From: Desulfobacteraceae bacterium 4484_190.2
GTDB lineage: Bacteria > Desulfobacterota > DSM-4660 > Desulfatiglandales > Desulfatiglandaceae
Direction: 5' to 3'
DNA length: 43,030 bases
NCBI GenBank assembly: GCA_002050025.1
Contig: MVDB01000039.1
Span: 1 to 43,030, forward strand
Shown piece by piece: positions 1 through 7,631 of the stretch. Below the pieces are notes generated by a model. That model did no database searches. It was not told the origin of the DNA and saw nothing but the letters and a program-made list of their open reading frames with translations. The stretch's first letter is position 1, and every line of letters starts with the position of its first letter. A program made the translations under genes and the position numbers.

Positions 1-1
1 C

Positions 2-184
2 GCCAGGGTCAGAGATTTAAGCCTGAAAGTGCTTCTTGAAAAGGAATTTGCCAATACAAAAAAACTTGTCTCCCTTTCTGGCGAATTCATCTCTTTTCCG
101 GTAAACCTGTTTCCGGAAATTCAAAAGGTCGTAACCAAATCAGGACACGCAGTAAAATTTGTTGATGCTAATGCCAATGATTAA
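2..184 (+). CDS. 3' end (last 60 codons) of a gene running off the left edge; product unknown
   Basis: Frame 2 is open from the window edge to TAA at 182-184 (...KSGHAVKFVDANAND*). The stop overlaps the ATG at 174 of the next ORF. Confidence 0.45.
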   Translation, partial: ARVRDLSLKVLLEKEFANTKKLVSLSGEFISFPVNLFPEIQKVVTKSGHAVKFVDANAND

Positions 185-1724
185 ATTAGAAAAAGCAGAT
201 GTGAAAAACCTGGAAGTTTTTGTTAATGCAAGGGATGTAAATGATGAGGGATATTCAGCCTGGATAGATTACATAGACCGTCTCAGCCTGAAACTTGACT
301 TTGTTGATTATGAAACTAAAGGGACCTATATGGGCTATTCCAGCTACACAGAATCCTATCCTGACAACTATATAGAATTTTCCCAAAAGACATATGAAAA
401 TTTTCTTAATCAATCATTGCAGGAGCAGGAACGTCAAATACGGAAAGTCCTTGTAAATGATGCAGAGCCCTGTGAAAACGAATTTTTCATCCATGGCCCC
501 TTAAGCCTCTTGGATAGGTTTAACAGTAGAGGTTGTGCCACAGGGACAATGAAGCAGATCCCTTTTCCAAAAATAAGGACATATTTGCTTGAATTGCTCT
601 CCAACTGTCAGGCAGGGGTCTGGTATAGCACTGCTTCGCTGATTGAATATCTCAAGAATAATAATCCATTTTTCCTTATCCCGGAAAAGCTCTCCTTGAA
701 AAGAAACCAGCATAATAAAGACCACTACCATAATTTCGTCGAGACAAAAACAGGCAGTATATATGGAGAATCGTGGAGCGTTGGAAATTTAAAAGACAGA
801 TTTCAAAGGGTTGAAGGGAGGTTTATAGAACGGTTTCTTGAAGGGATTCCGCTTAATATGGGGTATGTTGATGTGGCATATTCCAAAGGAAAAGAAGACA
901 TTTACCCATCAATGAACAGGCTTCGGGCTTTCCGGGCTACAGACCGCTTATTAAATGCCATGAACGGATCGATCAAGGAACCTGCAATAACCGTATTGCC
1001 CAATTATGAGATACATGTCGATTCTCTGTTCTATCCAGCAAAGGCCTTGGGCCGGCTGCTTGATCTCTGTGATGTCGTCACAATAGATACCCATACTGTA
1101 TTAAAACTGGCCAGGAAGAAAGTGATTGCACAACTTGCTGTGCATGAGAAACTGGATGTCATCGGCCTGCTGAAACGGCTTTCCGTTCACGATATCCCCG
1201 GTAATGTGAAAAAAGAAATTGCAGCATGGGCGGAGCATGCTGATAATTTCATCGTCTACCAGGGCTTTGGCCTACTTGAAGGGGATATGGACAGGGACTC
1301 TGCAAACCGGTTTGCCTCTGCAGCCATCGCTCCGGATGTAAACATTGTCCGTGACCCTAAAACGCTATATGAGAGGCTGGAAAAAGCCGGAAAGATCCCT
1401 GTTTATGTAAATCACTCTGACTCAGCGCTTAAGTCCCTTCAGGCTAATGTTCAAAGCAGGTTTGCCCGAAGGAACAGCTCAAGAAAAAAGAAGGCCCAAA
1501 AAAGGAACAAATACACACTAAAACGTACAGTTCATATAATCCTTGAGTCCCCTGATAAGGAGATATATGAAGCAGTTAAAAGCGCTCTGCTCAATAAGGG
1601 GCATGTTTTAGATACAAACAATAAAACGAAAACAGTTTCCTACACAAAAAAAGATGAAAAGATAGTTGCGGAAGTATTGAGTCTCATAAAAAAGAAATAC
1701 AGTATTGTTATAAAGGATACTTGA
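174..1724 (+). CDS. Hypothetical 516-aa protein; C-terminal half resembles the XPB/Ssl2 N-terminal (Helicase_C_3 / p52-like) module
   Basis: Long uninterrupted ORF. The ATG at 174 overlaps the upstream stop, which suggests coupling. Segment ITVLPNYEIHVDS...HTVLKLARKKVIAQL...LLKRLSVHDIPGNVKKEIAAWAEH follows the pattern I remember for that helicase-associated domain, but this is by eye only. Confidence 0.6.
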   Translation, partial: PMIKLEKADVKNLEVFVNARDVNDEGYSAWIDYIDRLSLKLDFVDYETKGTYMGYSSYTESYPDNYIEFSQKTYENFLNQSLQEQERQIRKVLVNDAEPCENEFFIHGPLSLLDRFNSRGCATGTMKQIPFPKIRTYLLELLSNCQAGVWYSTASLIEYLKNNNPFFLIPEKLSLKRNQHNKDHYHNFVETKTGSIYGESWSVGNLKDRFQRVEGRFIERFLEGIPLNMGYVDVAYSKGKEDIYPSMNRLRAFRATDRLLNAMNGSIKEPAITVLPNYEIHVDSLFYPAKALGRLLDLCDVVTIDTHTVLKLARKKVIAQLAVHEKLDVIGLLKRLSVHDIPGNVKKEIAAWAEHADNFIVYQGFGLLEGDMDRDSANRFASAAIAPDVNIVRDPKTLYERLEKAGKIPVYVNHSDSALKSLQANVQSRFARRNSSRKKKAQKRNKYTLKRTVHIILESPDKEIYEAVKSALLNKGHVLDTNNKTKTVSYTKKDEKIVAEVLSLIKKKYSIVIKDT

Positions 1725-1744
1725 TGCCAATAACTCCTCCCACT

Positions 1745-1763
1745 CCCGCATGGGCGGGTTTTT
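1745..1763 (+). terminator. Rho-independent terminator candidate after the 516-aa gene
   Basis: cccgc-atgg-gcggg stem-loop followed directly by TTTTT, 21 nt after the stop codon. Confidence 0.55.
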
Positions 1764-1984
1764 GACAGGGGAAGAAGATGCGTTACAGATATCTCCAGCA
1801 TATCGGCGGGTTCAATCTTCAGCCGGAGTCTTGGGTCTAAAGTTTGAGGTTCAACCTTGGTATTGTGGTGATAGGAGAGTCGGAGAAGGGGAGAAAAGGG
1901 CTGCGGACTCTGGGAATTGATGAGGGAATAGCCCTTTTTCACAATCTCGGCATCAAACTGCGGGGTTGATTGTGCGCCTTACAC

Positions 1985-2003
1985 AGCATTCCAGCATTCC
2001 ATT
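1985..2003. repeat. 19-bp direct repeat, left copy (agcattccagcattccatt)
   Basis: Identical 19-mer recurs at 5925-5943 (21/22 with flanks). It is internally a tandem agcattcc x2. Confidence 0.85.
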
Positions 2004-2044
2004 CACCACCCTTTGAAAGGGAACGTATTGAACATCCGAATTAT

Positions 2045-3694
2045 TCAGACCTTTTTAGATCTTTCCAACAAACCTGTTTTGAGGTTTTCGAGTCGCTGTA
2101 AAATTTCCTCAAAATCATAATCAAAGTTTTCGGGATCTCTGACCATATCTTCAACTAGTCTGTAACGGAATTGATTACCTGTCTCAGAATTTATTATTCC
2201 TATAATAACTTCCAAGGTTTTGCGGTGTGAAATGGCCGCAATATCTCTCCCAAGCAACCTCGCGCTCGCGCCTTCGTAATCAAAATCATCCACAATAAGG
2301 TCTGATTCTTGACTATATAAACGATTTTCATTCCCTGCTGCCAAATAATTACGGATCAACAGTGACAAATCCTTCGCATCACTTCTGCGAAGTGGGTATT
2401 TGTCGTACCATGCAATTATTTTCATTATGGCTAACCCAGCTAAAGACACAAAACGCACTTCAAGAAGCGGCTCTACCTTCAACCTCACTAATATAGAATG
2501 TTCATATGATTCATTAAAGCCAAGAATATTCATCTCAATCTCGTTTTCCGGGGGCCAGGTGAATGACTCTTTTGGAGCTGCAATTTTTCCAAACGGAATG
2601 ATATCAACTGGGAAATCAGCTTTATACCTGAGTCGCTGAACTTCTTTCGTAGAATTGAATCTACCCGTCTTTATTAAACCTTCTTTAAACTTTTCAAATT
2701 GTTTCCAATTTGACACTCGAACCCCAAAGTCAATATCCTGGGTTGCGCGCATGGTTGAGATCCCATAGGCGCATTCTAAAATGATATCACGTGCTGTCGC
2801 ACCGACTACGAAAAAATCCATCGACAAAGATTGAGAAACCTTTTCGATAGTTTCAAGGACCTTAAAAATGAGGCTCTTTCCAAGTGGCTGCCTTGTGTAA
2901 ATTGCAATCTTTTCCGGTTTTAGGTATTTGGTCAACATGGCTGCCGCAATCTCACCACCCCAGTACGCCTGAAACTTTCCGATATCAGCTTGTCTCCACC
3001 AGTCAAAAGTGTCGGCCCTGTATCTGCCCATTAGCTTTTTTTGCCTCAATTCTTCCGGGTATGCATTAACCCATCGAATAAACAAATTAAATTTATCAGT
3101 TAATCGGCGGCCTCGCTTTCCCATTTCAATCAAATAACCCATTTGCCTTAAGTCTCTCATAACTCGGTCTACAGTACCCAATGCAACATCTGCCTTTCTG
3201 GCAATTTCTCGATATGTAGCATTTTCCAGATCTTTATTCGTTAATAGAGCGAAGATAACTTGCAGTCCTGCTGGTCGGAATGCCCGTGCTGGAGGCTTTA
3301 CTTGATCTTTTACGCGAATCTTGTTTCCTTTAACAAATATAAAGAGGGGAGGTTTATTGATGTATACATTACCTGCCGTATCAATAAATGGAATATCATC
3401 TTCCTTCATCAAATCAGCGAGTTTAGGGTTAATGTATCTAGTGATAATAATTGTGTCTGCGTGTTGGATGCTTAACAATCTTTGATGATAAAATATTCCA
3501 ATCAAAGTTCGTGTAATATTTTCTCTTAATTCAACAACAAATTTCCACTTTTTATCATTCTGTAAAACTTCAAATTCTGCATCTTGCCCATGTAGGTTTT
3601 GTCGAATTGTTGCATTTAAGTTGGTTGTTTGCTTAAATGCCTCCAAAGCTTTTTTTAAGATACCTGTCTCTTTATTTCCCCTTTTTAGTTTCAT
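2045..3694 (-). CDS. Single-chain fusion: AbiEi-family-like regulator (N-terminal domain + wHTH + AbiEi C-domain) joined to a Pol-beta-type nucleotidyltransferase (AbiEii-like)
   Basis: wHTH YREIARKADVALGTVDRVMRDLRQMGYL, then WGGEIAAAMLTKYLKPEKIAIY, which is an AbiEi-like signature. An NTase core follows: FFVVGATARD...RATQDIDFGV. Start chosen at MKLKRG (3694) because it has the best upstream purine-rich site; 3712 and 3742 are also possible. Confidence 0.6.
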   Translation of the reverse strand: MKLKRGNKETGILKKALEAFKQTTNLNATIRQNLHGQDAEFEVLQNDKKWKFVVELRENITRTLIGIFYHQRLLSIQHADTIIITRYINPKLADLMKEDDIPFIDTAGNVYINKPPLFIFVKGNKIRVKDQVKPPARAFRPAGLQVIFALLTNKDLENATYREIARKADVALGTVDRVMRDLRQMGYLIEMGKRGRRLTDKFNLFIRWVNAYPEELRQKKLMGRYRADTFDWWRQADIGKFQAYWGGEIAAAMLTKYLKPEKIAIYTRQPLGKSLIFKVLETIEKVSQSLSMDFFVVGATARDIILECAYGISTMRATQDIDFGVRVSNWKQFEKFKEGLIKTGRFNSTKEVQRLRYKADFPVDIIPFGKIAAPKESFTWPPENEIEMNILGFNESYEHSILVRLKVEPLLEVRFVSLAGLAIMKIIAWYDKYPLRRSDAKDLSLLIRNYLAAGNENRLYSQESDLIVDDFDYEGASARLLGRDIAAISHRKTLEVIIGIINSETGNQFRYRLVEDMVRDPENFDYDFEEILQRLENLKTGLLERSKKV

Positions 3695-3872
3695 TGTCTC
3701 GCCCTTGTTCATTATATGTCTATGTTCATTAATAACGAACATAACTAATTTGTGAACACAAGTCAAATATAATAATTTAACAAATTTAATATAGTCGTAA
3801 TATCAGCATATTATGGCTTTTTATTGTATCCTACAAGATCGAGAATAGTTCAAATAATGCATATACCTTTTG

Positions 3873-3954
3873 CTAAGCATTCAAACCAATGAAACAACTT
3901 ATCTATTTAGACAACACTGCAACGTCGTTTCCCAGATATTTAGCCATTCTGTAA
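3873..3954 (+). pseudogene. Relic 5' end of a class V aminotransferase gene (15 conserved codons, then divergence and a stop)
   Basis: ATG at 3889 gives MKQLIYLDNTATSFP RYLAIL*. About 60 nt, including 16 nt upstream of the ATG, align at roughly 80% identity (hand-counted 47/59) with 8445-8503, the start of the intact gene (MKKPIYLDNAATSFPKP). Confidence 0.6.
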
Positions 3955-4153
3955 GCGACATCCCCATTTCCCGAACACCCCTAAAGCACAGAAGACTCAT
4001 GGCTTTGACCTTTTTTGCTGTTTCTCATTTGAAACGATGTAACCTTAGGCATAAACTTAAATTCTTAAGGCCGCCCCACTTCTACATGAATGGTTTTGAG
4101 AAGGTAAGCACCCTGCAAGCCTGACATTACGGAAGAAAAATGTATAAGGCGAA

Positions 4154-4249
4154 AATCCGCAAAGAAAACAGATAAATATTTGTTTGCGGATTAAATTTAA
4201 CTATTGACAAAATCCGCAAACAAAATATAATAATTTTAGTTTGCGGATT
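4154..4249 (+). promoter_or_regulatory. Sigma70-like promoter embedded in two copies of a 39-bp palindrome (AATCCGCAAA-N19-TTTGCGGATT)
   Basis: Half-sites lie at 4154-4163/4183-4192 and 4211-4220/4240-4249, both with a 19-nt spacer and 57 bp apart. TTGACA at 4204-4209 and TATAAT at 4226-4231 have a 16-nt spacer. The second palindrome brackets the -10 box and the likely transcription start. Confidence 0.55.
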
Positions 4250-4276
4250 ATTTAATTTGCCATGAGGAGACCGTTC

Positions 4277-5683
4277 ATGTTTGTGGGCAGAAAAAACGAA
4301 CTGAAACTGCTTAATGATGCTTATCGTTCAGAAAAAGATGAACTTGTTGTGCTGTACGGCAGACGCAGGATTGGCAAAAGTAGCCTGGTGAAATGTTTTG
4401 CCAAGAAAAAAAAGTTCTATTATGAATTTGAAGCCCTGGAAGGTGAAACTACTCATGGGCAGATTGATCATTTTTCACAGCAATTGAAAAAACAGATTGA
4501 TGACCCGATCCTTGATAGTGTTCGATTTGCGAACTGGGAGCAAGTGTTTACATACCTTACGGAAAAGATCATAAAAAGAAAAACCAAGGCCAAAAAAGTC
4601 CTGTTTCTGGATGAGCTGCCGTGGATGGCCGCTGGGCGTATCAGACTTGTTTCACTTCTCAAGTACTACTGGGACAACCATTGGAAAGGCAAGCATGTTA
4701 TGCTGATCCTTTGCGGTTCTGTCGCCGCGTTCATGGTGAAAAAAGTGCTTCATTCGAATGCCCTTTACGGGCGCACCACCATAGAAATACTCTTGAAAGG
4801 CTTCTCTCCAGGGGAAGCTGCCTATCTTCTGGGTAAAAAAAGAAGTCGGGAGGAAATTTTAAACTATCAACTGGTGTTTGGCGGGGTGCCGAAATATCTA
4901 GAGCAGATCAACCCCAACCAATCATTTAATAAGAATATGAACACGTTGTGTTTTTCACCGCATGGGATCATGCTGAAAGAGGTCGAGCGTATTTTCTACA
5001 GTCAGTTCAGGGAGCCCCGGACCTACCTCAAGATAATCAATCTTTTGAAAAACGGCATCTTTTCACTAAGTGAAATCAGCTCGAAAACCAAGATTCCTTC
5101 CGGCGGCGGGCTGAATCAGTATCTGAAAAATCTCGAACGGGCGGAGATGATCCGGTCGTTTATTCCGTTTGACCGCAGCGGGAATTCCAAATTCAAAAAA
5201 TACACACTGGCGGATGAATTTCTGGTTTTCTTTTTCAAATATATCGAACCGAACCTGCGGGTCATCAAGGAAAGCAGCTCCCAAAGGCTGTTTGAAACCC
5301 TGACGCAAAACAGTTTTGATCCCTGGCTGGGGTTTGCTTTCGAACGGTTTTGTCTTAAACATGCCGGCATGCTGGCGTTTGTCATGGATTTCGCCGACGA
5401 CTTACTGCTTGCTTCGCCGTACTTTAAAAAAAATGATGAAAAATTTCAGATCGATCTTTTGTACAAGCGGGCAGATCGTGTCATCACGGTATGCGAAATC
5501 AAACATCAGAACAAAAAAATCGCGACAGATATTATTCCGGAAATGCAACGAAAATGCGCTCTCCTAAAAGTGCCCCGCGGTTATGCCCTTGAAAAAGCGT
5601 TGATCAGCCTTTACGGCCCTGACAACTCCCTTAAAGATACAGGATACTTTCACCATTTTGTGACATTGGATGATATTTTTTAA
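4277..5683 (+). CDS. AAA-type ATPase of the Arch_ATPase (PF01637-like) family with a DUF234-like C-terminal domain
   Basis: Walker A GRRRIGKSSL and Walker B VLFLDELPW are present. The C-terminal FERFC...QIDLLYK...VITVCEIKH resembles a PD-(D/E)xK-like motif. Start moved to the ATG at 4277, which has GAGGAG 6 nt upstream. Confidence 0.8.
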   Translation: MFVGRKNELKLLNDAYRSEKDELVVLYGRRRIGKSSLVKCFAKKKKFYYEFEALEGETTHGQIDHFSQQLKKQIDDPILDSVRFANWEQVFTYLTEKIIKRKTKAKKVLFLDELPWMAAGRIRLVSLLKYYWDNHWKGKHVMLILCGSVAAFMVKKVLHSNALYGRTTIEILLKGFSPGEAAYLLGKKRSREEILNYQLVFGGVPKYLEQINPNQSFNKNMNTLCFSPHGIMLKEVERIFYSQFREPRTYLKIINLLKNGIFSLSEISSKTKIPSGGGLNQYLKNLERAEMIRSFIPFDRSGNSKFKKYTLADEFLVFFFKYIEPNLRVIKESSSQRLFETLTQNSFDPWLGFAFERFCLKHAGMLAFVMDFADDLLLASPYFKKNDEKFQIDLLYKRADRVITVCEIKHQNKKIATDIIPEMQRKCALLKVPRGYALEKALISLYGPDNSLKDTGYFHHFVTLDDIF

Positions 5684-5924
5684 CGCTTCCATTCGAAAAA
5701 GAGGGGGAATGATTTCAAAATCGTGCTGAGCCTTCGTCAAGACATTTCTTTTTACGAATTCATCAAAAAAAGGGGGCACCCATTATCAAGTCGGGAGATT
5801 TTCGGGTTTTATCCACCTTTGTACACTTCTAATCTGCGTTTTGACCGTTGAATAGAAAGATCGAATAGGCCATTGGGTTACAATTTGAATATCACAGCAT
5901 TTCTGACATTATTTGGAATTTCAG

Positions 5925-5943
5925 AGCATTCCAGCATTCCATT
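5925..5943. repeat. 19-bp direct repeat, right copy (agcattccagcattccatt)
   Basis: Identical to 1985-2003. Confidence 0.85.
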
Positions 5944-6568
5944 ACGATGGCATAAACAGGTTGCCGTTAAAAAGAAAGAAAAAGGCAGCTCCGGTCATTT
6001 CAGTTGAGCCTTCACCTTAGTACTTTTTTCCCTCCAAAGTAAAAAGAACTCGTCTTAAAAAAACTCAATGGAGAGCCTCTCACCAAGACAGAGCAAGAGT
6101 ATTACTCACGAATTGTCAAAAAGAAGCTTGAAGCACTTGCCAACAGCGAGATACGGAAAATAGCTTCATCCTTGACCAATAAATAAATTCAACAAATTGA
6201 GAGAAGAATAGTGAAAAGCGGAAAAGCAGGACGGCCTTAAAAACCAAGAAAATCAATCAACCAAATGATAATTATTGTCTCGTGCAATGGAATTGAATTA
6301 ATATCGGGTAAAGAATCTGGCAAGAATTGTAGACCGACGAATTGGATTGACCAAGAGTGGTCAAATACAATATGTTGGGGTAGACTAAAAATTCAGATTC
6401 ATCTGGGCACCTTCATCCCCGTTGCATGTATGTAACACATATCGCAACGTATTGATAACATTGATTATTACATATATTGGCAAATATCTGAAATTTGAAG
6501 ACATCAGATTTTACAATTTTTCTGTATATCATTACAATTTACAAGATAAACAGGCCTTCATAATCACT

Positions 6569-6605
6569 GGTTCACTGCGGCTTCGCCGCCGTGAATCGTG
6601 GTACT
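6569..6605. repeat. Short palindromic repeat, family F (GTTCAC..GC...GC..GTGAAT.GT), short form
   Basis: ggttcactGCGGCTTCGCCGCcgtgaatcgtggtact. The ends match those of 24248-24348 and 24865-25073, and the 13-nt core GCGGCTTCGCCGC recurs at 29374-29386. Confidence 0.55.
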
Positions 6606-6656
6606 GACTGCGTCAACCCAGCGATTCGTCAAACAATAAAAAAAAGAGAAACGACT

Positions 6657-6962
6657 ATGATTAAGCCTGGTTCAAGGGACATTAAAGTCAATATGCTTAT
6701 TACGGGTGAGGAACTTGAGGAATTACAGAGGCATACTTGGTCTATGGCGGAAGCTTTTGGCCTTGACCGCCGGGTTGAACAATATAAGGGGAAGAGACCG
6801 ATCGGCTTTTACCGTTGGGATATGGAGTGCTTGATTGATGTACTCAGCATGGCGCTGGACGATCCAAAGGAATATCCAGACCGTAATAGTTCAGGCTACG
6901 CTGCTCTAAAGAATTTATGGGAAAGACTCAAGTCGGAATATGAAAGGGATTTTGGAGAATGA
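6657..6962 (+). CDS. Hypothetical 101-aa protein
   Basis: ORF whose TGA overlaps the ATG of the next gene (ATGA at 6959-6962). Start taken at the ATG at 6657, because the longer GTG start lies inside the family F hairpin. I recognise no family. Confidence 0.5.
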   Translation: MIKPGSRDIKVNMLITGEELEELQRHTWSMAEAFGLDRRVEQYKGKRPIGFYRWDMECLIDVLSMALDDPKEYPDRNSSGYAALKNLWERLKSEYERDFGE

Positions 6963-7510
6963 GCTGTATCCTGGATATTGATCTGGACTATTTCAACCTA
7001 ATCGAGAATCCCGAGAAACGGCTTCGAGAATTATTGGATTGGGGTAATCGGCGTATAGCTTTTATCGTTGAAAAGCAACACAAAACTTTTTCCCGGTGGG
7101 AATACCGTGTTAAAAGGGGAACTTTGACACCACCATCTCATATTTTACACGTTGACGAACATCACGACATGATGGACCAAAAGAGGAATACGAACATTGC
7201 TAATTTCATGTATCACGCAATGCGAACGTGGAAAAGCTCCCGAGTTCACTGGATGGTACACCACCAGATTGATTCCCCTGAAATGTGGCTTGGCGATGAT
7301 GTGCGGGAACTATTTTCCCAAAGATTTACTGTTGGTTCAAACTGCCCTCATGGATGGCCTAAGCCAGATATAGTTTCTGAATTCACAAGTCGCAATTTCG
7401 TCAGCAATAAGTTACTTCAACGGCTCTTAGAAACTGCCAAAGAATTTATGACAACAAAGCAAAGAACTGAAATGGAAAAACTGAAATGTCGAACAAGTCG
7501 CTCAGGCTGA
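6959..7510 (+). CDS. UPF0489-like protein (arginase/deacetylase-type metal-site motifs)
   Basis: N-terminal ILDIDLDYFN plus ILHVDEHHDMM about 55 residues later. This is the pattern I recall for bacterial UPF0489 (C5orf22-like) proteins. The gene has a 4-nt overlap with the upstream gene. Confidence 0.55.
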   Translation: MSCILDIDLDYFNLIENPEKRLRELLDWGNRRIAFIVEKQHKTFSRWEYRVKRGTLTPPSHILHVDEHHDMMDQKRNTNIANFMYHAMRTWKSSRVHWMVHHQIDSPEMWLGDDVRELFSQRFTVGSNCPHGWPKPDIVSEFTSRNFVSNKLLQRLLETAKEFMTTKQRTEMEKLKCRTSRSG

Positions 7511-7631
7511 CGGCCAAAAGCGTGGCAGTTGTTCCAAGGCGTTGCCCCGCAATAAGCCCGGTCGTCTCCGAAACTCTGTACTCCACTCCGTTGGCCGCAG
7601 CATACCTCTAACGGACTGAAGAAGGATTCAC

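Noticed and set aside
1640-1942. 100-aa minus-strand ORF downstream of the 516-aa gene.
   Set aside because: It overlaps the 3' end and terminator of the + strand gene, and it has a proline/serine-rich unrecognisable translation with no RBS. The short + strand ORF MRYRYLQHIGGFNLQPESWV* at ~1788 was also too short and unsupported.
3870-4124. 84-aa + strand ORF between the AbiE-like and ATPase genes.
   Set aside because: It is in a different frame from the aminotransferase relic and starts at a non-ATG codon. It covers what looks like decayed sequence and has no recognisable domain.
5564-5779. 71-aa minus-strand ORF overlapping the ATPase 3' end (VPPFFDEFVKRNVLTKAQHDFEII...).
   Set aside because: It has a GTG start without an RBS, half of it is antisense to the ATPase gene, and I recognise no family. 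It may be a relic, but that is not supportable.
6037-6186. Open frame KELVLKKLNGEPLTKTEQEYYSRIVKKKLEALANSEIRKIASSLTNK* with no start codon.
   Set aside because: There is no ATG/GTG/TTG after the preceding stop. It could be the C-terminal remnant of a small regulator, but I cannot tie it to a family.
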